Positions 21,923 to 31,761 of a DNA stretch of 64,000 bases are shown here, one piece after another. The first letter of the stretch is position 1; every line of letters begins with the position of its first letter. The position numbers were made by a program, and so were the translations under genes. The notes beneath the pieces were generated by a model. The model saw only the letters and a program-made list of their open reading frames with translations, had not been told where the DNA came from and did no database searches. The stretch is taken from positions 1,550 to 65,549 of the forward strand of contig CABZRA010000002.1 in NCBI GenBank assembly GCA_902527995.1, in the 5' to 3' direction. The DNA comes from an uncultured SAR86 cluster bacterium (lineage in GTDB: Bacteria; Pseudomonadota; Gammaproteobacteria; Magnimaribacterales; AG-339-G14).

Positions 21923-22601
21923 AAAATCGATAGATTTAAATTATCAGAGAGCTAGAAAAGCCTTGGTTGAGGAGATTTCTTCAAAAGGGATTTCAGATTT
22001 AAGAGTTTTAGATGCATTTTTAAATACTCCAAGACATTTATTTATTGATGGAGCATTTTCCTCCAGAGCTTATCAAGATATGTCTTTGCCAATAGGATAT
22101 CATCAAACTATTTCACAACCCTTTGTGGTTGCAAGAATGATTGAATTAATTTTAAAAGGAAATATTTTTGAAAAAGTTCCTTTAGGCACAATTCTTGAAA
22201 TTGGTACAGGATGCGGATACCAAACAGCTATTCTTTCGAACTTTTGTAGGAAGGTTTTCTCAATCGAGAGAATCTCTCCTCTTGCAGAAAGAGCAAAAAT
22301 CAATTTAAAGTCTGCTGGTGTAAAAAATTTTCTTATTCGTTGCGCTGATGGATCATTAGGCTGGCCCACATTTAAAAAATTTGATGCAATCATTTGCTCT
22401 GCTGTCAGCAGCAATATTCCTGAACCTTTAGTAAAACAATTAGAAGTTTCTGGTAAGTTAATTTGTCCAATTGGAAATCATGAAGACCAAAATTTAATTT
22501 TAGTTGAAAAAAAGAGTAGAACAGAGATTACTAAAAAAGTTCTAGATTCTGTTTTATTTGTTCCAATGCTGCCCGGAATAGTTGACCTAGACGATAAATA
22601 A
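21912..22601 (+). CDS. pcm: Protein-L-isoaspartate O-methyltransferase
   Basis: PRHLF, QTISQP, LEIGTGCGY, FVPM. Confidence 0.95.
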   Translation: MSFEKSIDLNYQRARKALVEEISSKGISDLRVLDAFLNTPRHLFIDGAFSSRAYQDMSLPIGYHQTISQPFVVARMIELILKGNIFEKVPLGTILEIGTGCGYQTAILSNFCRKVFSIERISPLAERAKINLKSAGVKNFLIRCADGSLGWPTFKKFDAIICSAVSSNIPEPLVKQLEVSGKLICPIGNHEDQNLILVEKKSRTEITKKVLDSVLFVPMLPGIVDLDDK

Positions 22602-22641
22602 AATTGTAGAAACAAATTTAAGTGAGTTGTAAAATATTTTA

Positions 22642-22851
22642 ATGGAACGTTTTAATAATCTTTTAAAAGATCATCTGTCAAAATGGGCTTTGGTTTGGTT
22701 TGGCTTTCTTTTCTGGGGAAGTATTTTTAGCGCTTTTCTAATGACGTTCTTTCAGAATATAAGCCATTTTTATTTATACGTTCTAGGTTATTTATTAGGA
22801 TTAATATTCGGGATAATTTCCAAAATTAATAAATGGTCATGGATAAATTAG
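22642..22851 (+). CDS. Small two-TM hypothetical membrane protein
   Basis: 69 aa, two hydrophobic segments; TAAAAT 6 nt before ATG; overlaps the next gene. Confidence 0.6.
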   Translation: MERFNNLLKDHLSKWALVWFGFLFWGSIFSAFLMTFFQNISHFYLYVLGYLLGLIFGIISKINKWSWIN

Positions 22852-23783
22852 CTCGCAAAGAAAGTTTAGACAGCTTTGAGGTTTACCCAGCTCAAGATTT
22901 GTCATTAGAAGAAGAAAAAAAAATAGCTAGATCGTTTATGGGCCGTATTGAATGGGAAATGATTGTAATTGGCTTAACACAATTTTTTGTTTGGCTTGGA
23001 GTTTGGGTATTAGTTGTAAACGGGATTTTACCTATTTGGATGGGGTTTCTGATATTGATGGTCTCAACTACTTTTGCTTATTTACCATCTCACGCGGGAC
23101 AACATGGACATCTTTCTGGGAGCAAAAAACATCTTGCATGGGTTGATTACGTTGTTGGTCAAATATCTTTAATTCCGCTTGCTCAATCACATGACATATT
23201 AAAAGTAACTCATCTAAAACATCATGCTCATACTAACGATCCAAGTCGAGATCCGGATTACAAACATACTCATACTGGAAGCTGGTTAAAATCAGCTCTT
23301 CAAGTACATTTTCAAACAGGTGATAGAGACGAGAGACTTAATGAAATGATTGAAAATTGGACAAATAATGAGCCAAAATTCAAAGAAGCGGTGGAAAGAG
23401 GGGCATTAGTTTCTTTAGGATTTTTTGTAATACAAATTGTAATGGCAATTAATTTTCCTTTGGAAACTCTTTTTTTATGGTGGTTGCCAAGAAAATTTAC
23501 TGTTTCTTATTTAGGAGTAATCTTTTCTCACATGCCGCATCGCGATCTTCCTGTTGGAAGACATGCAGATACTAGATTTTGGGCCAATGGTATTATTAGG
23601 TTTTTTAACCATTCAATGCAAATTCACGCAATGCATCACATGTACCCTAAGATTTGTCATCATGATGAACCAAAAGCTATTGAAGCTTTAAGGCCTTATA
23701 TGATCGAAAGAGGCATACCTGGAGCAGACAAAATTCCTGAAAGAATAATCAATAATCCTTTAACCAACTTGAAGTCAATTTAA
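22833..23783 (+). CDS. Membrane fatty-acid desaturase superfamily protein (desaturase or carotenoid-hydroxylase-like)
   Basis: Three His boxes HAGQH, HLKHH, HAMHH plus TM helices. Confidence 0.85.
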   Translation: MVMDKLARKESLDSFEVYPAQDLSLEEEKKIARSFMGRIEWEMIVIGLTQFFVWLGVWVLVVNGILPIWMGFLILMVSTTFAYLPSHAGQHGHLSGSKKHLAWVDYVVGQISLIPLAQSHDILKVTHLKHHAHTNDPSRDPDYKHTHTGSWLKSALQVHFQTGDRDERLNEMIENWTNNEPKFKEAVERGALVSLGFFVIQIVMAINFPLETLFLWWLPRKFTVSYLGVIFSHMPHRDLPVGRHADTRFWANGIIRFFNHSMQIHAMHHMYPKICHHDEPKAIEALRPYMIERGIPGADKIPERIINNPLTNLKSI

Positions 23784-24214
23784 ATTTTATCTAATGGGTT
23801 TGAACCCTCTGGAAATTTAGATGGTTGAATCGTGTGGAGTAAAGTAGCTGCGAGCTTATTTTCTGAATTGAATAGTTTTCCCTCAACGGTTGCAAGTTTT
23901 TTACCTAATTTGATGATCCTTACTTCTATCAAGGCTTCTCCTACGGCAACCGGCCTATGAAACAAAACATGAAGATCTGTTGTTAAAGGCCCTATTTCAA
24001 AGTTGTAAGCTGATATTACAACCATAGCCGTAGCATCATCTAGAGCAGCTGTAATCATTCCTCCTTGAACCATATTCATTGGATTTTTTGTTTCATTAGG
24101 GAAAGTTGCTTTTAAAATATATACGTCTCCCTTAGTTTCAATATATTCTAGGTTTAAAAATTTCGCTGTGTTTCCAGGTTTTTGCCTGTTTAACCAGTCA
24201 AGAGATATTTCCAT
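23780..24214 (-). CDS. PaaI-family hotdog thioesterase
   Basis: NPMNMVQGGMITAALDD hotdog motif. Confidence 0.85.
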   Translation of the reverse strand: MEISLDWLNRQKPGNTAKFLNLEYIETKGDVYILKATFPNETKNPMNMVQGGMITAALDDATAMVVISAYNFEIGPLTTDLHVLFHRPVAVGEALIEVRIIKLGKKLATVEGKLFNSENKLAATLLHTIQPSKFPEGSNPLDKI

Positions 24215-24235
24215 TTATTTTTCGTTATACTTTTA

Positions 24236-24562
24236 TTAATCAAGTATTAGGACTTCTATTTTATTTTTAGATTCTGACCACTTTTCTGCATCTGGTAAAG
24301 CATCTTTTTTTTCTGAAATATTTGGCCAAATTTTTGAATATTTCTCATTTATCTCAATAAATTCTATTTCGTCTGCAGGAACTTCGTCTTCTGCATAAAT
24401 AGCATTAACTGGGCATTCAGGTTCGCATAACCCACAGTCAATGCATTCTTCTGGATCTATAACCAAAGTGTTTTCTCCCTCATAAAAACAGTCGACAGGG
24501 CAAACTTCAACACAATCCGTATGCTTACAATTAATGCAAGCTTGTCCAACAATAAAAGTCAT
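24236..24562 (-). CDS. fdxA: 7Fe ferredoxin
   Basis: [18 protein letters not shown] and [12 protein letters not shown], Azotobacter FdI type. Confidence 0.95.
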   Translation of the reverse strand: MTFIVGQACINCKHTDCVEVCPVDCFYEGENTLVIDPEECIDCGLCEPECPVNAIYAEDEVPADEIEFIEINEKYSKIWPNISEKKDALPDAEKWSESKNKIEVLILD

Positions 24563-24564
24563 AG

Positions 24565-24580
24565 ATAAATTATAATTTAT
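24565..24580. promoter_or_regulatory. Palindromic bidirectional -10 element for leaderless fdxA and pncC
   Basis: Perfect palindrome ATAAATTATAATTTAT; TATAAT on each strand ends 6 nt before each ATG. Confidence 0.6.
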
Positions 24581-24582
24581 AT

Positions 24583-25074
24583 ATGGTTAATTCAGAGAGC
24601 GTTTTAAATGTCTTAGCAGAAAAAGTTGGAACCTTATTATCAGAAAAAGGGTTAACCATTTCAACGGCAGAATCTTGTACAGGGGGTTGGGTTGGTAAAG
24701 AATTTACTGGTATTCCTGGGAGTTCCAAGTGGTATGGAACTGGCTTGGTTACATACTCAAATCATGCAAAACATAATCTATTAAAGGTCTCTAAAGATTC
24801 TTTAAAGTCTCATGGTGCAGTTTCAAAAAAAGTCGTCGAAGAGATGGCCGAAGGAGTGAAAAAAATAAGTAAATCCAATTTAAGTATAGCAATTAGTGGA
24901 ATTGCTGGGCCTTCAGGGGGAACTAAAGAAAAACCTGTAGGCACTGTTTGTTTTGCTTATTCAGATGAAGCTGGCACAAGAAGTTATGAAAAATTTTTTT
25001 CTGGCAATAGAGACGATGTTAGAAAAGCTAGTGTTAAATTTATTCTTGAAGAAGTTTTAAATAATTTAAATTGA
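24583..25074 (+). CDS. pncC: NMN deamidase (CinA C-terminal domain)
   Basis: [30 protein letters not shown]; upstream of recA. Confidence 0.92.
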   Translation: MVNSESVLNVLAEKVGTLLSEKGLTISTAESCTGGWVGKEFTGIPGSSKWYGTGLVTYSNHAKHNLLKVSKDSLKSHGAVSKKVVEEMAEGVKKISKSNLSIAISGIAGPSGGTKEKPVGTVCFAYSDEAGTRSYEKFFSGNRDDVRKASVKFILEEVLNNLN

Positions 25075-25123
25075 TTGCAATAAATAAAAAAATAAAGTTA
25101 TAATACTGTAATTATATACAGTA
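25075..25123 (+). promoter_or_regulatory. recA sigma70 promoter and LexA (SOS) box
   Basis: TTGCAA (25075-80), 18 bp spacer, TATAAT (25099-104); TACTGTAATTATATACAGTA (25104-23) matches CTG-N10-CAG. Confidence 0.9.
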
Positions 25124-25129
25124 ATTAAC

Positions 25130-26158
25130 ATGGCAACAAAAAATACAAAAAAAGAAGAAATCTCTACAGATAAATCCAAAAATTTAGCCTCCGCTATAAA
25201 TCAAATTGAAAGTCAATTTGGTAGCGGAACAATAATGAGAATGGGTGATAAAAAAGTCGAAAATATCCCCAGCATTTCTACTGGCTCCCTAGGACTAGAT
25301 TTGGCACTTGGCGTAATGGGTCTTCCGCGAGGAAGAGTGGTTGAAATATTCGGTCCCGAATCATCAGGAAAAACCACACTTACACTTCAAGTTATTGCTG
25401 AGTGCCAAAAACTTGGAGGGACAGCGGCTTTTGTAGATGCAGAACATGCATTAGATCCAATATATGCAGCAAAATTAGGAGTCAAAGTTGACGACTTGTT
25501 GTTATCACAACCTGATACAGGTGAACAGGCTCTCGAAGTGGCAGATATTATGGTTAAGTCAGGCGGAGTAGATGTCCTAGTAATTGATTCTGTTGCAGCT
25601 CTTACACCGAGAGCAGAGATAGAAGGAGAAATGGGCGATCATCACGTAGGTTTACAGGCAAGGTTAATGTCTCAAGCTCTGAGAAAAATAACTGGAAATA
25701 TTAAAAGATCAAATACTTTAGTAATTTTTATAAATCAAATCCGAATGAAGATTGGAGTAATGTTTGGTAATCCCGAAACTACATCAGGTGGAAATGCATT
25801 AAAATTTTATTCTTCAGTAAGATTGGACATTAGGAGAATAGGAACTGTCAAAGACGGAGATGAAGTAAGCGGAAACGAAACACGAGTTAAAGTGGTTAAA
25901 AACAAAGTTGCCCCCCCATTCAGACAAGCGGAATTCCAGATTTTATATGGTAAGGGTATCAATAAAGCAGGTGAACTATTAGATATAGGAGCTGAACATA
26001 AAATTGTTGAAAAAGCTGGTGCTTGGTATTCTTATAATGAAGAAAAAATTGGTCAAGGAAAGGTAAATGCGAGTGAATTTTTGAAGCAAAATCCAAAAAT
26101 AATGAAAGAAATTGAGGACAAAATTTACAAAGCTATCAAAGAATCAGAAATAAATTAG
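25130..26158 (+). CDS. recA: Recombinase A
   Basis: [36 protein letters not shown]. Confidence 0.99.
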   Translation: MATKNTKKEEISTDKSKNLASAINQIESQFGSGTIMRMGDKKVENIPSISTGSLGLDLALGVMGLPRGRVVEIFGPESSGKTTLTLQVIAECQKLGGTAAFVDAEHALDPIYAAKLGVKVDDLLLSQPDTGEQALEVADIMVKSGGVDVLVIDSVAALTPRAEIEGEMGDHHVGLQARLMSQALRKITGNIKRSNTLVIFINQIRMKIGVMFGNPETTSGGNALKFYSSVRLDIRRIGTVKDGDEVSGNETRVKVVKNKVAPPFRQAEFQILYGKGINKAGELLDIGAEHKIVEKAGAWYSYNEEKIGQGKVNASEFLKQNPKIMKEIEDKIYKAIKESEIN

Positions 26159-26160
26159 AT

Positions 26161-27423
26161 TTAATTTTTAAATTTATTAACAATTTCATTAATCTTTATT
26201 ATTTCTTTTTGTTGATTCTTCCTCTTTATCAATTCAACAGATCGATCTCTTGATGTCTTTTCCCCAATGACCAATTGATACGGCACGCCCATTAGATTTG
26301 CATCTCTAAACTTAACCCCAGGGTTTAAGTCTCTATCATCAAAAAACACTTCTATATTATTTTCTTTTAGTTCTGAATAAAGCCTTTCTGCTTCAGAATT
26401 TATATTTTGATTGCCTTTTTGATTAATTAGAACGATATAGTATTTAAAAGGGGAAATGGACTCAGGAAATAATATTCCATCATCATCAAAATTTTGTTCA
26501 ATAGCAGCTGCAATAATCCTTGAAACTCCGATTCCGTAACAACCCATAAATATATCTTTTAAAACATTATCTTTTTGAACTGTTAGTCCCATTGCCTTAC
26601 TGTACTTCGTTCCTAATTCAAATATGTGACCGACCTCAATTCCTTTTTTAAGATTTAGTTTTCCATTTCCATCAGGACTAGACATTCCACTAATTTTTTT
26701 TGGATCCTTTTCATCTAATAGCTCAATATTTATTGCAAAATCACTTTTGTCACTAAATGCCAATGTATCCTCCCCAGAGTCAGCTAGGACATGAAATTCT
26801 TCAGATTTATCACCCCCAATTGATCCTGAGTCTGCAGAAACTATTCTGTAATCTAGTCCAATTCTATCAAATATCTTTTGATAAACTTTTTTCATATTTG
26901 AGTAAGTCTCATGCATCGAATTTTCATCAATATCAAACGAATATGCATCTTTCATTAAAAATTCTCTTGCTCTCATGACTCCAAATCTAGGTCTTATTTC
27001 GTCTCTAAATTTATCTTTTATCTGATAAAAAGTTTTTGGTAGATCCTTTGGGCTTGTAATTTCTTTTTTAGCTATATCAGTAATTATTTCTTCATGTGTT
27101 GGACCTAAATAAAAATCTCTTTGATTTCTATCCTTGAATCCAAGTAACTCAGGACCATACTCTTTCGATCTGCCTGATTGATCCCATAAATCTTTAGGTT
27201 GAACTAAAGGCATAATAATTTCTAAACAATTTCCATTATTAAGCTCTTCTCGAATAATATTTTCGACTTTTTTTAGTATTAAAGTTCCCAAAGGCAACCA
27301 ACTATAAATGCCTGATGCAATAGGCTTAATCATGTTAGCTTTAATCATTAATTTATGACTAATTAATTCTGTGTCAGAAGGCGTGTCCCTAAGAGTTTTG
27401 AAATGATATAAAGAAGCTTTCAT
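26161..27423 (-). CDS. proS: Prolyl-tRNA synthetase lacking the INS editing domain
   Basis: LGPTHEE, FRDEIRPRFGVMRAREF, GIEVGHIF, GCYGIGVSR; 420 aa. Confidence 0.97.
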   Translation of the reverse strand: MKASLYHFKTLRDTPSDTELISHKLMIKANMIKPIASGIYSWLPLGTLILKKVENIIREELNNGNCLEIIMPLVQPKDLWDQSGRSKEYGPELLGFKDRNQRDFYLGPTHEEIITDIAKKEITSPKDLPKTFYQIKDKFRDEIRPRFGVMRAREFLMKDAYSFDIDENSMHETYSNMKKVYQKIFDRIGLDYRIVSADSGSIGGDKSEEFHVLADSGEDTLAFSDKSDFAINIELLDEKDPKKISGMSSPDGNGKLNLKKGIEVGHIFELGTKYSKAMGLTVQKDNVLKDIFMGCYGIGVSRIIAAAIEQNFDDDGILFPESISPFKYYIVLINQKGNQNINSEAERLYSELKENNIEVFFDDRDLNPGVKFRDANLMGVPYQLVIGEKTSRDRSVELIKRKNQQKEIIKINEIVNKFKN

Positions 27424-27494
27424 TGGAAAAATATCTTATGATTCAACATATTTTGCCTTAAATTTATTTAATTTGTTAATTAACGAGAATAATT

Positions 27495-27779
27495 ATGCCA
27501 ATTTATGAATTTCAATGCTCAAAGTGTCGTAAGAAATTTGAAAAGATACTAAGCATTTCCGATTCTAATAAGAAAGTAAAATGTGAAAGTTGTGAAAATG
27601 CTTTAGCCAAAAAAATTGTATCAGCTCCAAGTTTTAGATTAGATGGAAAAGGATGGTACGAAACAGATTTTAAGACTGGAACAAAGAAAAATTTAGTACA
27701 ATCTAAAGATCCTAAATCGTTAAATAAGGAACAAAAAAATAAATCTACAAAAAAAGAACAACCAACATCTAAAACTTAA
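27495..27779 (+). CDS. FmdB-family zinc-ribbon protein
   Basis: MPIYEFQCSKC...CESC, FRLDGKGWYETDF; upstream of aspS. Confidence 0.88.
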   Translation: MPIYEFQCSKCRKKFEKILSISDSNKKVKCESCENALAKKIVSAPSFRLDGKGWYETDFKTGTKKNLVQSKDPKSLNKEQKNKSTKKEQPTSKT

Positions 27780-29543
27780 ATGAGCTCAAAAATTTTTAAT
27801 CTCTCTATTTCTGATGAGGGGAAAACAGCAACTGTTAGTGGATGGGTCGAAAAAGTTAGAGACCATGGAGGAGTAATTTTCATAGATTTAAGAAAAGATC
27901 TTGAACTTGTCCAAGTTGTAATTGAGCCAAGTGAAAAAGAAATATTCGCAGTTGCTGAAAATATTAAAAATGAGTTTGTTATTGAAGTATCTGGTCTTGT
28001 GAGAAAGAGACCAAATGGCAAAGAAAATAAAAAAATGAATACTGGAGAAATAGAAGTCTGCGCAAATAAGCTTCATATTTTTTCTAAAAGTAAACCTCTG
28101 CCTTTTCAACTAGATGAATATTCAAATGCAGGAGAAGAAATAAGACTTAAATATAGATATTTGGATTTAAGAAGACCAGAAATGCATAAAAATCTGATTA
28201 TGCGCTCGGAAATCAATAACCTAGTAAGAGACTTTTTGGTTAAAAAAGGATTCATAGACATAGACACTCCTATGATGACCAAAGCCACGCCTGAAGGCGC
28301 GAGAGATTTTTTAATTCCAAGTAGAGTAAATCAAGGTAAATTTTATGCTTTACCTCAATCACCACAATTATTTAAACAATTATTGATGGTAAGTGGTTTT
28401 AGTAAATACTTTCAAATAGCGAGATGTTTTCGAGATGAGGACACAAGGAAAGACAGACAGCCAGAATTTACTCAGATTGATATCGAAATGTCTTTCACTA
28501 GTTGCAAAGAAATAATGAATATTTCGGAAAACCTAATTATTAAATTATTTAAAAAAATATTAGAAGTTGATTTGGAAAAATTTCCTAAACTTACTCATAA
28601 AGAATCCATGGAAAAATACGGTACCGACAAACCAGATTTAAGAAATCCAATTATTCTTAATGATGTTAAAGAATTATTTTTAAACTCAAATTTTAAGGTT
28701 TTTAAAGATCCTGCAAACGATGAAAAAGCAAAACTTATTGCAATGAAACTAAAGAAAGATGTTAGCAGAGGTCAAATAGATGAGTACACAAAATTTGTAG
28801 GAAATTTTGGAGCAAAGGGTTTAGCTTACATTAAGGTAAATGATTCATCTGATATAGAAAAAGGTCTCCAATCGCCCATTGTTAAATTTTTGTCCAAAGC
28901 AGAATTAGAAAACTTAGTTAAAAAATTAGATCTTAAAGACGGTGAAGTTGTTTTTTTTGGGGCTGGGAACAAAAAAATTGTTTATGATTCAATGGGCGCG
29001 TTGAGACAGAAACTTGCAGAAGATTTTGAGTTAATAGATAAAACCTCCTGGGCACCAGTCTGGATCACAGATTTCCCAATGTTCGATGAGACTCTTGAAG
29101 GAACGTTAACTCCAAGTCATCATCCTTTTACAAAATCTTTAAGCTCTTTGGATCAGTTAGAAAAATCTCCGGATCAAGCTTTATCAGAGGCATATGACTT
29201 AGTTTTAAATGGCTTTGAACTAGGAGGGGGTTCCATGCGTATTTATGATGTAGAGGAGCAAAGAAAAATATTTTCTCTCTTAGGTATTAGTGAAAAAGAA
29301 GCCAAACAAAAATTTGGATTTTTTCTTGAAGCCTTAGAATATGGATGTCCTCCGCATGGAGGAATAGCTTTTGGTTTGGATAGAATTGTAATGTTAATGG
29401 CCAATGAAGATTCTATCCGAGATGTAATAGCTTTTCCTAAAACTCAATCTGCATTGTGCTTAATGACTGAAGCCCCTGACAAAGTTTCTAGTGATGAGCT
29501 TGAGGATTTATCGATACAATCTACTTTTGAGGAGACAGATTAA
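27780..29543 (+). CDS. aspS: Aspartyl-tRNA synthetase
   Basis: RDHGG, RLKYRYLDLR, ALPQSPQ, RQPEFTQ, PPHGGIAFGLDR. Confidence 0.98.
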   Translation: MSSKIFNLSISDEGKTATVSGWVEKVRDHGGVIFIDLRKDLELVQVVIEPSEKEIFAVAENIKNEFVIEVSGLVRKRPNGKENKKMNTGEIEVCANKLHIFSKSKPLPFQLDEYSNAGEEIRLKYRYLDLRRPEMHKNLIMRSEINNLVRDFLVKKGFIDIDTPMMTKATPEGARDFLIPSRVNQGKFYALPQSPQLFKQLLMVSGFSKYFQIARCFRDEDTRKDRQPEFTQIDIEMSFTSCKEIMNISENLIIKLFKKILEVDLEKFPKLTHKESMEKYGTDKPDLRNPIILNDVKELFLNSNFKVFKDPANDEKAKLIAMKLKKDVSRGQIDEYTKFVGNFGAKGLAYIKVNDSSDIEKGLQSPIVKFLSKAELENLVKKLDLKDGEVVFFGAGNKKIVYDSMGALRQKLAEDFELIDKTSWAPVWITDFPMFDETLEGTLTPSHHPFTKSLSSLDQLEKSPDQALSEAYDLVLNGFELGGGSMRIYDVEEQRKIFSLLGISEKEAKQKFGFFLEALEYGCPPHGGIAFGLDRIVMLMANEDSIRDVIAFPKTQSALCLMTEAPDKVSSDELEDLSIQSTFEETD

Positions 29544-30266
29544 ATGGCAGGTCATTCTAAATGGGCAAACATAAAACATAGAAAAGGTAGACAGGACGAA
29601 AAAAAACAAAAGATTTTTTCAAAGTTAATAAGAGAGATTACAGTAGCATCCAAATTAGGAGGAGCTGAAGCGTCTGATAATCCTAGATTAAGGTTAGCAC
29701 TAGATAAAGCTTTAGGAGCGAATATGCCCAAAGATACCATTGAAAGGGCAATCTCTAGAGGAGCAGGGGATTCAGATTCAGGAAATTTAGAGGAAATAAC
29801 CTACGAAGGTTATGGTCCTAATGGAGTGGCTGTTTTAATAGAAGCAATGTCAGATAATAAGAACAGGACTGTTGCAGAAGTTAGACATGCATTTTCTAAG
29901 TGTGGCGGAAGTTTAGGAACTGATGGCTCCGTATCTTATTTATTTTCAAAAAAAGGACAAATAATTGTGAAAGAATCAAATCAGGAGAAATTATTAGAGC
30001 TACTTATATCTGAGGGAATAGAAGATATCGAATCTTCTGATGAGGATTTAACTCTGATATTTACAGAACCTAGTAACATTCACAATGTAAAAAATGTTTT
30101 ACTTAAAGAAAGTATAGAAATTGTTGAAGCTGAAATGATTATGGATTCCAGCCAAAATGTCGAATTAAACTCTGATGAAACGGAAAAAGTCTTAAAATTA
30201 TTAGAAAATCTTGAAGACTTAGATGATGTTCAAAATGTATTTTCAAATGCAGAATTTTCCCTATGA
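29544..30266 (+). CDS. yebC: YebC/PmpR family protein
   Basis: MAGHSKWANIKHRK, YEGYGP, DNKNRT, LEDLDDVQNV. Confidence 0.97.
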   Translation: MAGHSKWANIKHRKGRQDEKKQKIFSKLIREITVASKLGGAEASDNPRLRLALDKALGANMPKDTIERAISRGAGDSDSGNLEEITYEGYGPNGVAVLIEAMSDNKNRTVAEVRHAFSKCGGSLGTDGSVSYLFSKKGQIIVKESNQEKLLELLISEGIEDIESSDEDLTLIFTEPSNIHNVKNVLLKESIEIVEAEMIMDSSQNVELNSDETEKVLKLLENLEDLDDVQNVFSNAEFSL

Positions 30267-30280
30267 TTAGTTGATTTAAG

Positions 30281-30691
30281 ATGACAAATTCAAGAAATAA
30301 AGGTGCAGCTTTTGAAAGAGAAATTGCTAAATTAATAAACGAAGAATTTTCTTTATCAATTCCTTTAAAGAGAATTTTAGAACAAACTAGAGAGAAATTT
30401 TTACCTGATTTAATTTTAGGAAGGTGGCATTTAGAATGTAAACGCTACGGTCAAGGAAATGAACCAATCGAGAAATGGTGGGGTCAAGTCTTAGAATCTA
30501 CTAAAGCAGAAGGATTACCTGCTCTTATTTACAAGTTTAATAATAGGCCAATAAAAGTAAGAGTTCCACTTCACAGTGTGAATCCTGAATTAAAAAAAAA
30601 CAACAATAATACGTGCGATCTTCTCTGGAAAGATTTTATTTATTTACTTAAAAATTTATATATTGAAGATATTAAAATGCATAAACGATAA
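30281..30691 (+). CDS. Hjc-like/phage-type PD-(D/E)xK nuclease, putative Holliday junction resolvase
   Basis: N-terminal NSRNKGAAFERE, LPDL and LECKR catalytic motifs; occupies the ruvCAB position. Confidence 0.72.
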   Translation: MTNSRNKGAAFEREIAKLINEEFSLSIPLKRILEQTREKFLPDLILGRWHLECKRYGQGNEPIEKWWGQVLESTKAEGLPALIYKFNNRPIKVRVPLHSVNPELKKNNNNTCDLLWKDFIYLLKNLYIEDIKMHKR

Positions 30692-30695
30692 AAAA

Positions 30696-31103
30696 ATGTC
30701 TTCATTAAAAATAAGAATTTACTTTGAAGATACTGATGCTCAAGGTTTAGTCTACAACTCAAATTATCTTAAATATTTGGAAAGAGCACGAACAGAGTTT
30801 TTAAGAAATTTGGGTTACGACCAAAAAAAACTTTTAAAAGAAGGGTTAATATTTGTTGTTAAAAAAGTAAATTTAGATTTTATAAAGCCAGCAGAACTAG
30901 ACGAAATCATTGAAGTGAAGAGTAAAATTAAATCAGTAAAGAAAGTAAGTTTTACTTTTGTTCAAGAAATATTTGATTCAAACCAAATAAAAATATTAGA
31001 CGCAAATATTAAATGTGGATGCTTAGAAATTAAAAATAAAAAACCTTTTAAAATACCCCTTGGGTTGTATCAATCTATGAACGAAAATATCGATGGCATT
31101 TGA
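30696..31103 (+). CDS. ybgC: Tol-Pal-associated acyl-CoA thioesterase
   Basis: RIYFEDTDAQGLVY, YLERARTE; ATG 30696 preferred. Confidence 0.92.
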   Translation: MSSLKIRIYFEDTDAQGLVYNSNYLKYLERARTEFLRNLGYDQKKLLKEGLIFVVKKVNLDFIKPAELDEIIEVKSKIKSVKKVSFTFVQEIFDSNQIKILDANIKCGCLEIKNKKPFKIPLGLYQSMNENIDGI

Positions 31104-31761
31104 ATTAAATCTTTTATCTCTTTTCCTTCAAGCAAGTTTAGTCGTTAAATTAGTTCTTGTTATCCTGTTGGTTATCTCTTTTGTTTCTTGGTGGTTCATA
31201 ATTGAAAAATTCATAACTTTTAGAAGAGTTGAAAAAGATATCTTTGATTTCAATAAACTTTTTTGGGATAAAAGTGATTTAGAGAGTATTTTCTCTAAAA
31301 TTTTAAACAAAGAAAGATTGGTAGGAATAGAACAAATTTTTTTTGTAGCATACAAAGAATTTAAAGATTCCAAAGATAAACACGTTAATTTTGAATCGAT
31401 AAAAAAAATCATAGAAATCTCTATTTCTAGGAATGAAGAGATACTATCTAAAAGACTATCTTTCTTGTCGACCGCAGCTTCTGTAAGTCCTTACATTGGA
31501 CTATTTGGAACTGTTTGGGGAATAATGAATGCTTTTGGAGGACTATCTCAATTAACTCAGGTTTCAATAACAGTAGTAGCTCCTGGTATCTCCGAAGCAT
31601 TAATAGCAACTGCTCTTGGTCTTTTTGCTGCTATACCCGCCTTAATTTCGTATAACTGGAATCTGAATAAAATTAACAATTTTATTAATGAGTATTCTAA
31701 TTTTTCTGAAGAACTAATCATTATCCTTTTAAAAGAAAAAGATGAGAACGAGGGATCCTAA
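31093..31761 (+). CDS. tolQ: TolQ
   Basis: SPYIGLFGTVWGIM, VAPGISEALIATA. Confidence 0.95.
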   Translation: MAFELNLLSLFLQASLVVKLVLVILLVISFVSWWFIIEKFITFRRVEKDIFDFNKLFWDKSDLESIFSKILNKERLVGIEQIFFVAYKEFKDSKDKHVNFESIKKIIEISISRNEEILSKRLSFLSTAASVSPYIGLFGTVWGIMNAFGGLSQLTQVSITVVAPGISEALIATALGLFAAIPALISYNWNLNKINNFINEYSNFSEELIIILLKEKDENEGS

